DNA of 64,000 nucleotides from positions 1,205 through 65,204 of the IMG/VR virus record IMGVR_UViG_3300033553_000052; one strand, given 5' to 3'. Origin of the DNA: a virus. Its lineage: Duplodnaviria; Caudoviricetes. The position numbers and the translations under genes were made by a program. Positions 9,003 to 16,453 of the stretch are shown piece after piece (the stretch's first letter is position 1; each line of letters starts with the position of its first letter). The notes below the pieces were generated by a model. That model worked only from the letters and a program-made list of their open reading frames with translations. It was not told the DNA's origin and searched no databases.

Positions 9003-9031
9003 TTGCAATATCCGGCCAGCCATGGTAGGCT
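9003..9031 (+). promoter_or_regulatory. cassette promoter
   Basis: TTGCAA-17-TAGGCT, extended -10 TG, then AACTAGGGAGG RBS. Confidence 0.7.
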
Positions 9032-9067
9032 GGCAACATGACAAGCGAGAAACTAGGGAGGTAGAAA

Positions 9068-9478
9068 ATGCTCGACACGGCAACAGACGCGGATAGACTC
9101 CGCGAAACGATGGAGGCGCTCGACGCCAGCATGCTGACGCGACAGCCACAGTACGCACGGCTGACCATAGCGCTCGGCTTAACCGTCGAGGGCTTCGTGC
9201 CAGGCGAGATCTTTGCGGAGACCTTCATGATGGAGGCGCTCGAGGCGCTAGCGAGGCAGGGCAGGTACGTGGTGCCAGCCTGGGCAGGCGTGAACGGCGA
9301 GCGCTGTGTAATCTCGGACTTCATCCTGGATCAGCACTTGACAGCAGGCGAAATTTCTGCTAGACTGAACGTGTCAGTCAGTACGGTACGCAGGCACATC
9401 GGAGCGCCGGACACGGTACTCGGTCGCACCCAAGGCTGGCGTGTTTCCACCATGCTAGCGCGTATGGTAAAGGAATAG
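9068..9478 (+). CDS. HTH DNA-binding protein
   Basis: C-terminal LTAGEISARLNVSVSTVRRH...PD...GRTQGW (AlpA/excisionase-like HTH pattern). Confidence 0.7.
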   Translation: MLDTATDADRLRETMEALDASMLTRQPQYARLTIALGLTVEGFVPGEIFAETFMMEALEALARQGRYVVPAWAGVNGERCVISDFILDQHLTAGEISARLNVSVSTVRRHIGAPDTVLGRTQGWRVSTMLARMVKE

Positions 9479-9497
9479 TAAAAGTTTCCGATTCGAC

Positions 9498-9526
9498 TTG
9501 ACAACCGAACCGGGGAGGTGTAGGGT
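9498..9526 (+). promoter_or_regulatory. promoter for 9647 gene and downstream RNA region
   Basis: TTGACA-17-TAGGGT. Confidence 0.75.
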
Positions 9527-9646
9527 AGTTATTAGTAGGGAACAAGCACACAAACGAAAACGGCGAACGGACCAGCCTACGGGTAACGTGCCACACAAAC
9601 AATCGAGACACAAGTCTCAACAAGCCTTCGAAAGGGGCGCAGTATC

Positions 9647-10474
9647 ATGGCAAAGACTGCCAAGCAGGACGAGATCGAAGTTGAAGTGACCGAGGTCGAG
9701 GTTGCCGAAGAGGCGATTGACCTCACCGCGTTCGAGACTGCCGTTAGCGCGGCAGTGGCTGGCGCCGACGAGAACACGGGCGAGGTGCCCGAGGTCGGCG
9801 TGGCGGCAGTGCGGGACGCGTACCAGGCTCTGCCCGGTATCAAGGCGAAGAACGCCGCGAAGGCGAGCCTGAGCGACCAGCTCAAGCAGCACCTGGCTGA
9901 CATGAAGATTGTGGAAGCCCGGAGCGTCATGGTCCTGACCGAGCGGGCAACGGTGGCGGGCAAGTCGAGCGCTCCGAAGCGCGAGGTTGACTACCAGGAG
10001 CAGTTCGAGTCGAAGGTTGCGACCCTCACCCTCGCCCTGTACCTGGCCCAGAAGCAGGTCCCCGAAGGCGTCGATGCCGAGGCCGGAATTGCCAAGGCAA
10101 CCTCCCTCGCCGGAGAGGCGTTCCCCGAGGCCCTCGACGTCATGGCCGATGAGGACTCCGAGACGGAGAGCGCGCTGATCAAGGCGGCTGTCAAGTTGGC
10201 AACCTCGAAGGCCCGCAAGGGTGGCACCCGAGTCTCGTCCGGCGAGCGCCGGGACCTCGGAGCGCACATCTCGGAAGCGTTCGACTCGGTTGAGTCGGGC
10301 GTGTTCCTGAGCGTCGCGGCCATCAAGAAGTTCAAGGGGAGCGTGTACGGCGACGACCAGCCCTCGGCTGGTGCCATCACGAACCGTCTCGAGCCGAAGT
10401 CGGGCAAGCCTACCACGATCGACGGCGTGACTGTCGAGCACCGTGACGGCAAGCTGGGCGCGGTCAAGAACTAG
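9647..10474 (+). CDS. Ala/Glu/Lys-rich protein, probably highly expressed; possible C-terminal winged helix
   Basis: Strong G/C third-position bias; C-terminal QPSAGAITNRL motif. Confidence 0.8.
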   Translation: MAKTAKQDEIEVEVTEVEVAEEAIDLTAFETAVSAAVAGADENTGEVPEVGVAAVRDAYQALPGIKAKNAAKASLSDQLKQHLADMKIVEARSVMVLTERATVAGKSSAPKREVDYQEQFESKVATLTLALYLAQKQVPEGVDAEAGIAKATSLAGEAFPEALDVMADEDSETESALIKAAVKLATSKARKGGTRVSSGERRDLGAHISEAFDSVESGVFLSVAAIKKFKGSVYGDDQPSAGAITNRLEPKSGKPTTIDGVTVEHRDGKLGAVKN

Positions 10475-10479
10475 CACGA

Positions 10480-10650
10480 ACCAGCCCCTCCTAGCCAAGG
10501 CCTGAGGTCTTGTGCCAGGCTAGGAGGGGCGGGGCGGTGAGACTCGGTTAGCCGAGGTCTCTAGGCTCAAAGCCAGCCGTCCCGCGCAGTAAGAAAGCCG
10601 GAGGTGCATCATGCCCTGACTGCCAGCAAGACTGCAAACATAACTGAATA
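10480..10650 (+). ncRNA. structured non-coding segment (RNA-B 5' part)
   Basis: 13-bp stem GCCCCTCCTAGCC/GGCTAGGAGGGGC, then a multibranch GGGGCGGT/GCCGTCCC enclosing two hairpins; no ORF. Confidence 0.45.
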
Positions 10651-10655
10651 GTTTG

Positions 10656-10775
10656 GTGAGCGTGCGTTCTCATAAACAACTCAACCCCCCCTGAGCTGAC
10701 CTACCGAGGACGTAAGGCGGCGACTAGTCTCCATAGACACAGTAGCCAGGCAGGTTCGAGTCCTGCCACGCTCGC
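10656..10775 (+). ncRNA. tRNA-like element 1 (non-canonical)
   Basis: T-arm GGCAGG-TTCGAGT-CCTGCC (10749-10767); 3' strand ACGCTCGC pairs with GTGAGCGT (10656-10663); enlarged core, no standard anticodon loop, no encoded CCA. Confidence 0.6.
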
Positions 10776-10813
10776 GAGTTACATCAAGACTTTTCCCTCG
10801 TCCGGGAAGAGGT

Positions 10814-10904
10814 TAGGCCGAGCGAGGTTCACAATCTACCCGTGAACTGTCGCGAGGAGCCATCTCCCTAGGGTGGCAGTCAGGTTCGATTCCTGACCGG
10901 CCTA
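10814..10904 (+). ncRNA. tRNA-like element 2 (non-canonical cloverleaf)
   Basis: 7-bp acceptor TAGGCCG/CGGCCTA; long arm GGTTCAC/GTGAACT; arm GCCATC-TCCCTAG-GGTGGC; T-arm GTCAGG-TTCGATT-CCTGAC. Confidence 0.65.
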
Positions 10905-11005
10905 CGCGGAACAAGCAACAAGCAAGAGGCTGGACATTTTCTAGCGGGTAGGCTAGTACCAGGCTCGACTTGACAAACAACCAGAGTTAGGGTAAAGGTG
11001 CAATC

Positions 11006-11932
11006 GTGAACGATCAGACTCCAAAGTTCGAAGAACAGATGAGCGGCGTGACTTACGGCTCAGGAGAGCCGCACGGCATTCTGTGCGGGAAGGGCCACAG
11101 GCATGCCACCGTTGAGGCAGTGCGAGCATGCTACGGGAGCGACGCGAACGCGGCGCGGTCCTGGGACAGCCCCAGCGGCATGCCGCGCGCGGTCCCGGTC
11201 CCCCCGGACATGGCCCTGGCAGGGGCTACACGTCCCTCTGTAGCGTCCGGCGACACTAGGCGCGTGATACATACCAGCGCGGCTCCAACGGACGCCCAGC
11301 GCGATACCGTGAAGCGGCTCGGCGGCACGATTCCCGAGGATGCCACGCGACTCCGCGCGAGTCAGATCATTGACCGGCTGATCGAGATGAAGGAGACTCG
11401 TGACCGTCGCCTCAAGGAGCAGGCTGACGAGGAGGATGCCGCGCCGAAGTTCCACAGCACTAGCCTGGGACTGCCCGCAGAGATGTTGTTCTCAATTAGG
11501 GAGGGCAGGTACGCGGTCAGTGTCGAAGGCACCAAGCGCCTGGACTTCGTGCGAATCTCACACATCAAGGCGCGACCCGGCAAGCAGGTCAGGTTCGCGG
11601 GATGCATGCGAGTGCAGACCCAGCACGGCGAACAACTCAAGGAGCGTGCGATTATCTCACCGAAGGGCGAGGTGCGGCTCATGAGCCAGACGATGCCAGC
11701 CGAGTACCTCACGAAGATCTTCATGCTGATCATTGTTGACCAGCGGAGTACGGCCATCCTGTATGGCCGGGAGAAGGGTCAGTGCTGCCGGTGCGGCAAG
11801 CAGTTGACTGACGAAAGGTCCCGCCACTATGGCATCGGCCCCGAGTGCGAGAAGCACTTGCCCGAGATCATTGACGAGTTGGACGAAGCCGAGGGCGTGT
11901 ACGTGCCCGGACAGATGCTCGAGGAGGCGTAG
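11006..11932 (+). CDS. DUF6011-like zinc-finger domain protein
   Basis: C-terminal CCRCGKQLTDERSRHYGIGPEC motif. Confidence 0.75.
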   Translation: MNDQTPKFEEQMSGVTYGSGEPHGILCGKGHRHATVEAVRACYGSDANAARSWDSPSGMPRAVPVPPDMALAGATRPSVASGDTRRVIHTSAAPTDAQRDTVKRLGGTIPEDATRLRASQIIDRLIEMKETRDRRLKEQADEEDAAPKFHSTSLGLPAEMLFSIREGRYAVSVEGTKRLDFVRISHIKARPGKQVRFAGCMRVQTQHGEQLKERAIISPKGEVRLMSQTMPAEYLTKIFMLIIVDQRSTAILYGREKGQCCRCGKQLTDERSRHYGIGPECEKHLPEIIDELDEAEGVYVPGQMLEEA

Positions 11933-11934
11933 TC

Positions 11935-12258
11935 ATGGGACTCGAGTTCAGGTTCGCACAGCCCGACAAGCAAGAGCTGATGCCGTACTACATGGAGGTG
12001 ACTGTGTGGGAGAATGGCATTGGAGACCTTCTCGATGAGTTGATGTCCGGCGCGGCTAAGGCGCTCACCTTCATCCCGCCGTCGAGGCAGGTCGGCAACC
12101 TGTACATGACTCAAGCCGGCGAGAACGAATGGGAAGTGTGGGACTCGTGGGGAGGTAATCCTAACGACATGCCAGTTCATTACCTCAAGGACGCTAAAGA
12201 CTTCCCGAACTATGTGATGTTTGAGATACCCGAGGCGGCATGGAAGGGAGTGAGGTAG
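11935..12258 (+). CDS. hypothetical protein
   Basis: GGAGG RBS; operonic. Confidence 0.75.
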   Translation: MGLEFRFAQPDKQELMPYYMEVTVWENGIGDLLDELMSGAAKALTFIPPSRQVGNLYMTQAGENEWEVWDSWGGNPNDMPVHYLKDAKDFPNYVMFEIPEAAWKGVR

Positions 12259-12259
12259 C

Positions 12260-12585
12260 GTGCTCAAATGGGAATAGATAAAGACCTGTCAGGGCAGGGC
12301 TGGTAGACGCGGGGAAGCGTAGATCAGCAAAGACCAATAGGCCCTGAGCGGCGTTACCTCCTCGTGCTGAGGGCGGGGAGGTAACGCGAGGGGAGATAGC
12401 CGCTCCATCAGCGTGACCTGGCAGGCATGCCGGGGCGTCCTGAGAAAAAGGCTGACTGGTAAGTGATCGGAAGCCACAGTGTGAGCTGTGTGAATCTGAA
12501 GACGCTTGTAGATCGGACTCGACTATCTCTCAAACTGAAGTCCAAAGTGAGCACCTCGAGAGAGCGATGGTGTTCGGCCAGTCGG
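12260..12585 (+). ncRNA. candidate large structured RNA (RNA-C) with pseudoknot
   Basis: 15-bp hairpin 12351-12387; closing helices 12285-12293/12417-12425 and 12452-12459/12578-12585; GTGA (GNRA) tetraloop 12475-12490; long-range pair 12391-12399/12523-12531; G.U pairs on plus strand. Confidence 0.65.
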
Positions 12586-12716
12586 AGGGTAAAGGATTAC
12601 GGCGAGACAACAAGGGGCTCGCAACGTTTGCATAGTGCGGTTCGGAGTTCTAAGTGGCTGGTCCCATTCTCCGTCGTTGCCAGAGATGCAGGAGGGTTCG
12701 ACTCCCTCCCCCTCCA
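12584..12716 (+). ncRNA. tRNA-like element 3, resembling a tmRNA tRNA-like domain
   Basis: GGAGGG...CCCTCC-A acceptor; stemless TAAAGGATT D-loop; helix 12599-12606/12669-12677; T-arm GGAGGG-TTCGACT-CCCTCC. Confidence 0.55.
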
Positions 12717-12768
12717 CGTGAACCTACCAACGAGTCTGATTACTAAGCGATACAAGTATCGCAAAGCC

Positions 12769-13305
12769 ATGGGTATAGAACTATACGAACAGATGTGGAA
12801 GACCAAGAGGAAGATCGAATACTTCTTTGACCTAGGCTTCTCGTGTGAGTCAATAGCCAGCGGGACAGACACGGCGCAGGCTACCGTACACAACTGGCTT
12901 ACCGGCGCTCATCCTCGAATTGAGATCGTGAACGCGAATAAGGTTAGGGCCTTGACTGTTGGCGTATTGTTCGATAGGGCGCCGGACAAGAGCAAGGTGC
13001 CCGTGTACGCAACGAGGCGAAGGGTTGAAGCCCTCCGTCGCCTTGGATGGACGACACGCGACATTGAAGCGCGAATGATTGTCAGCTGTAAGGTTAGCAA
13101 TACACTCAAGAATAGTAAGCAGGTTCGGGCGAGTGTCCATCGGGATATCGCCAGGGTGTATGCAGAACTTGAGCACAAGAAAGGTTCTTCGTTGCGCGGT
13201 GCCATGCAATCAGCAAGGCAGTTGATACCACCGCCAGCGGCCTGGGAAGACATAGACGACCCGCGAGGATGGCCTCGTGGAGTTACAAACGAGATACTCA
13301 TTTAA
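12769..13305 (+). CDS. HTH DNA-binding protein (actinophage type)
   Basis: HTH ESIASGTDTAQATVHNW plus TRRRVEALRRLGWT...PPAAWEDIDDP; start 12769 preferred over 12463. Confidence 0.7.
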   Translation: MGIELYEQMWKTKRKIEYFFDLGFSCESIASGTDTAQATVHNWLTGAHPRIEIVNANKVRALTVGVLFDRAPDKSKVPVYATRRRVEALRRLGWTTRDIEARMIVSCKVSNTLKNSKQVRASVHRDIARVYAELEHKKGSSLRGAMQSARQLIPPPAAWEDIDDPRGWPRGVTNEILI

Positions 13306-13327
13306 CTTATAGGAAGCGAGGCGCGTC

Positions 13328-13834
13328 ATGGGATCAAAGTTCTTAAAGACTACAGGGCGTAATGGCATGCCGCTCATGGGCAAGGGTATCGACCTTGTTG
13401 AGGGAGGCGGGTGGCATCCAGTTATCGAGGGAGACCTTGCCGAGAACGTGAACGGCTACCACATGTGCAGAGATATCCAAGATGTATGCACCTGGGCCGG
13501 GCCGGAGCTTTGGCTCATGGAGGGTAGAGGCGAGTGGCTTACCGGCGAGGATGCCGCTGTCTGTAATGAACAGCGCCCCATCGCGAGACTGATGGACGAG
13601 CACGACTGGAGGAAGTTTGCAGTCTCCAGGCTACGCCAGGAGATAATTCTCGCCGGGCCGTCGGAGATTACGAGCACACTAGGAATGTGCGCCTCGTCCT
13701 CCGACCCGTGGCTGACTATCGGCTGGCCAATACGAGAGAAGCTTTACAAGAAGCCAAGCCTAGTAAGGTTTGTTAATCGACACTACGAAGCGCTACTCGG
13801 GGTAATCGAAGAGGCGAGAGGAGAATTGATATGA
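13328..13834 (+). CDS. hypothetical protein
   Basis: GAGG RBS; operonic. Confidence 0.7.
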   Translation: MGSKFLKTTGRNGMPLMGKGIDLVEGGGWHPVIEGDLAENVNGYHMCRDIQDVCTWAGPELWLMEGRGEWLTGEDAAVCNEQRPIARLMDEHDWRKFAVSRLRQEIILAGPSEITSTLGMCASSSDPWLTIGWPIREKLYKKPSLVRFVNRHYEALLGVIEEARGELI

Positions 13835-14274
13835 ACACAAAGACTGCAGTGATCAGTTACAGTGCGGCGTTCTTCGCTGGGATAATTGTTATGGCCTCGA
13901 GTACTCCTACCGACGCTAACCAGTCGCAAGAGGTTCAGACCGTAATCAAGTACAAGACTGAAGTTGTTACGGAGACGATAGAGACAAACGTCTTTCCCGA
14001 GTCCTGTCTTGATGCCCAGCGATTCTCTAAGATGATTCGAGATGACGTAAGCGCTGTCGCCGCAACCATGGGTGAGCAGTTGCAGATAGCCTCCGAAGCA
14101 AGACTTGCCATCAATGGATCGAACTATCTTAACCTGAACGATATCGTGCTCGACCAGCGTGACCTCGAGAATAGTATGCGTGCTGGGTACACTAATCTTG
14201 CAAATGTTCAAAGGTCGCTCGACCTTGCGATTGCTGACTGCGACGCCGCGATAGCCTCTGGGCTAGACTCCTAG
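13831..14274 (+). CDS. secreted/membrane-anchored coiled-coil protein
   Basis: N-terminal hydrophobic segment AVISYSAAFFAGIIVMA. Confidence 0.7.
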   Translation: MNTKTAVISYSAAFFAGIIVMASSTPTDANQSQEVQTVIKYKTEVVTETIETNVFPESCLDAQRFSKMIRDDVSAVAATMGEQLQIASEARLAINGSNYLNLNDIVLDQRDLENSMRAGYTNLANVQRSLDLAIADCDAAIASGLDS

Positions 14275-14306
14275 GGTTTGACAACCCTGGGAATGTGTGC
14301 TATACT
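14269..14306 (+). promoter_or_regulatory. strong promoter overlapping a hairpin
   Basis: TTGACA(14278)-17-TATACT(14301); TCCTAGGGTT-TGAC-AACCCTGGGA hairpin centred on the -35. Confidence 0.8.
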
Positions 14307-14332
14307 ACAGTCATAACTAGGAAGGGTAGGGA

Positions 14333-16453
14333 ATGAAAGAGTCAAGCGAGTCGGAGGGGCGCAATTGTGCAAACTGCGTCTTCAACCTCCGAACAAACGA
14401 ACAGACATCTGAGTTCGGTCTGTCTATCGGCACGGACACCTGTGGCGCTGGCCTTGGCCCGACTGGAATACCAGGCGGCACGGCCAAGCAGAACCTCAAC
14501 GTAGGGAAACTTAAGGCCGCTTCGTGTGACCAGTACAGCAAGGGCGACGGTAGCACGTACGCCTCGGAGCCTGGTGCCGAACGCAAGAGCCCAGTCGTTA
14601 TGCTTCCGAACCCAGCGACCTTGTCGGACGCGAGGCGAGGTAACGCCAAAGAGTCTGGCTCGAGGTGTACCGCCTGTGCGTTCTTCATTCCACCAGCCGC
14701 ATCGCTCAGTGCGGGGCTGTGGAACGCTGGCATCTGTGCCGCGCGTGGAATACTTATCACAACTAAGAGCATGCCCGATGCGGCTGAGGACTGTGCTGAC
14801 AAGACCGTCGGAGCAAGGCGTGATGACCTGCTCGACTGGAACGCATTGGCACCCGAGTACTCGAAGTCAATGCAGGTAGCGTCGGCCACAGGTTCATTCG
14901 ACAGGACCAGTGTTGCCCCCGAGGTTTACGAGACTGATGCACCAGTCAAGGATGAGGACAAGGTGCGTGGCGTCAGGGCCTGGCGTGAGGTGAACAATCC
15001 CGAGGGCGCGTCGTCTGTCATGCTACCGATCTTCGACCCCGAGTTCTTTGACGAGGACATTCGCAAGGGCATCCCCAAGACTGGCGACGACGAGCACCCG
15101 GAAGAGTACATCGACCACCTCGGGCTTGTCTACAAGACCGCAGTTCTATGGATGCACCTGGACGAGACGCCTACCCTGTGGGGCGGCGCAGGCTCTGGTA
15201 AGACAGAGTTCTATCGTCACATGGCTTGGCTCATGGGGCTACCCTTCAACCGTATCAGCATCACCGCCTCGACCGAGGTAGAGGACCTGGCCGGGAAGAT
15301 GCACTACGAGCCGACTCGAGGCACCTACTTCCAGTACGGGCGCATGCCCAAGGCCTGGAAGTCCCCCGGCATTGTCTGCCTTGATGAGCCTAACGTTGGC
15401 CCGCCAGACGTGTGGCAGTTCATTCGCCCGCTCACTGACAACAGTAAGCAACTCGTTCTTGATATGAACGATGGCGAGCGTATCGACCGCCACGAGTTAG
15501 CGTTCCTGGGCCTCGCTATGAACCCTGCCTGGGACGTGCGCAACGGTGGCACGTCGATGCTGGCCGACGCGGACGGCTCAAGGCTTGCACACATCTTCGT
15601 TGACCTGCCCGAGGAGAAGGTCGAGCGTGATATCATTCAGGCTCGCGTGAAGCTCGACGGTGCCGAGATCGACAAGCCCGTCATGGATGCCATTATGGGA
15701 ATCGCAAAAGATCTCCGTGCAATGTCTCGCAATGAGACGCTTCCGATTACGTGGGGCGTACGTCAGCAGATCAAGGTCGCAAGGGCGCTTAGGTTCTTTG
15801 AGATGCCTCAGGCGTATAGGCTTGCGGCGGCTGACTACCTCGAGCCCGAGCACCAGGAGATGCTGCTCGACGTTGTTAAGTCACACGCGCCAGCCACCAA
15901 GGCCAGGCCTGTTGGACCGGCAAGGACTCGCGGCGAAGTGCCGGTGGACACTGATCGCAAGAAGGCTAGCGATGAGCTGAGGAAGAAGCTGGGTATTCCA
16001 TCTGCGCCGACGCCTCCGCCGATGCCTCCTATGCCGCCCACACCTCCACTGACGCCAGTGTGGGAGGGCGCCGCAGATGCCGCACCAGCCAGAACTGTAG
16101 GCAGGTCTATCTCGTTGAGCACAGATCCGTTGTCAACCGTCGATTATCTTTCCCTCGGGGAGAGGGGCGACGGAGGTCTATCAATAAGTCACAGCAGCTT
16201 CTTGTCTGATCGCGAGTCACTTGGTTCTGTCATTAACCAACTCAAGACCATGAACGCTGGGTCAAGTGCAAGGTTTCAGCACAAGTTAACCGGCATGGGA
16301 TATGATCTTAAGTTGATCAGCCCCGATAACACTAGGGTTCAGATCAACGGCGACAATGGCGACGTAAAGATGATGCCGGTTGAGAACTTCTTGGCGGACA
16401 GGAGTGTCACTGACCTCGAGTTCATATCACTAAGTGAAGAGGTGCCGTTCTAA
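14333..16453 (+). CDS. MoxR/CbbQ/CobS-like AAA+ ATPase with Cys-rich N-terminus
   Basis: Walker A GGAGSGKT, Walker B VCLDE, AMNP sensor-1; two CxxC-F repeats at N-terminus. Confidence 0.85.
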   Translation: MKESSESEGRNCANCVFNLRTNEQTSEFGLSIGTDTCGAGLGPTGIPGGTAKQNLNVGKLKAASCDQYSKGDGSTYASEPGAERKSPVVMLPNPATLSDARRGNAKESGSRCTACAFFIPPAASLSAGLWNAGICAARGILITTKSMPDAAEDCADKTVGARRDDLLDWNALAPEYSKSMQVASATGSFDRTSVAPEVYETDAPVKDEDKVRGVRAWREVNNPEGASSVMLPIFDPEFFDEDIRKGIPKTGDDEHPEEYIDHLGLVYKTAVLWMHLDETPTLWGGAGSGKTEFYRHMAWLMGLPFNRISITASTEVEDLAGKMHYEPTRGTYFQYGRMPKAWKSPGIVCLDEPNVGPPDVWQFIRPLTDNSKQLVLDMNDGERIDRHELAFLGLAMNPAWDVRNGGTSMLADADGSRLAHIFVDLPEEKVERDIIQARVKLDGAEIDKPVMDAIMGIAKDLRAMSRNETLPITWGVRQQIKVARALRFFEMPQAYRLAAADYLEPEHQEMLLDVVKSHAPATKARPVGPARTRGEVPVDTDRKKASDELRKKLGIPSAPTPPPMPPMPPTPPLTPVWEGAADAAPARTVGRSISLSTDPLSTVDYLSLGERGDGGLSISHSSFLSDRESLGSVINQLKTMNAGSSARFQHKLTGMGYDLKLISPDNTRVQINGDNGDVKMMPVENFLADRSVTDLEFISLSEEVPF

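Noticed and set aside
9617-10498. 293-aa minus-strand ORF
   Set aside because: Antisense shadow of the codon-biased 9647-10474 gene
10656-10904. Canonical tRNA genes (e.g. Met-CAT, Trp-CCA, Arg-CCT, amber CTA)
   Set aside because: T-arms are good, but there is no canonical D-arm or properly placed 7-nt U33 anticodon loop; the CTA triplet lies in a 9-nt loop at the D-arm position
12240-12716. Full-length tmRNA, RNase P RNA or group I/II intron
   Set aside because: No tag-peptide frame or G3.U70 pair in the best acceptor stem, no GAGGAAAGUCC RNase P signature, no group II domain V, and no interrupted host gene evident by eye
12463-12768. 102-codon N-terminal extension of the HTH gene in the ORF track
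   Set aside because: It has no protein-like motifs and overlaps the structured RNA and T-arm module; the recognisable protein begins at ATG 12769
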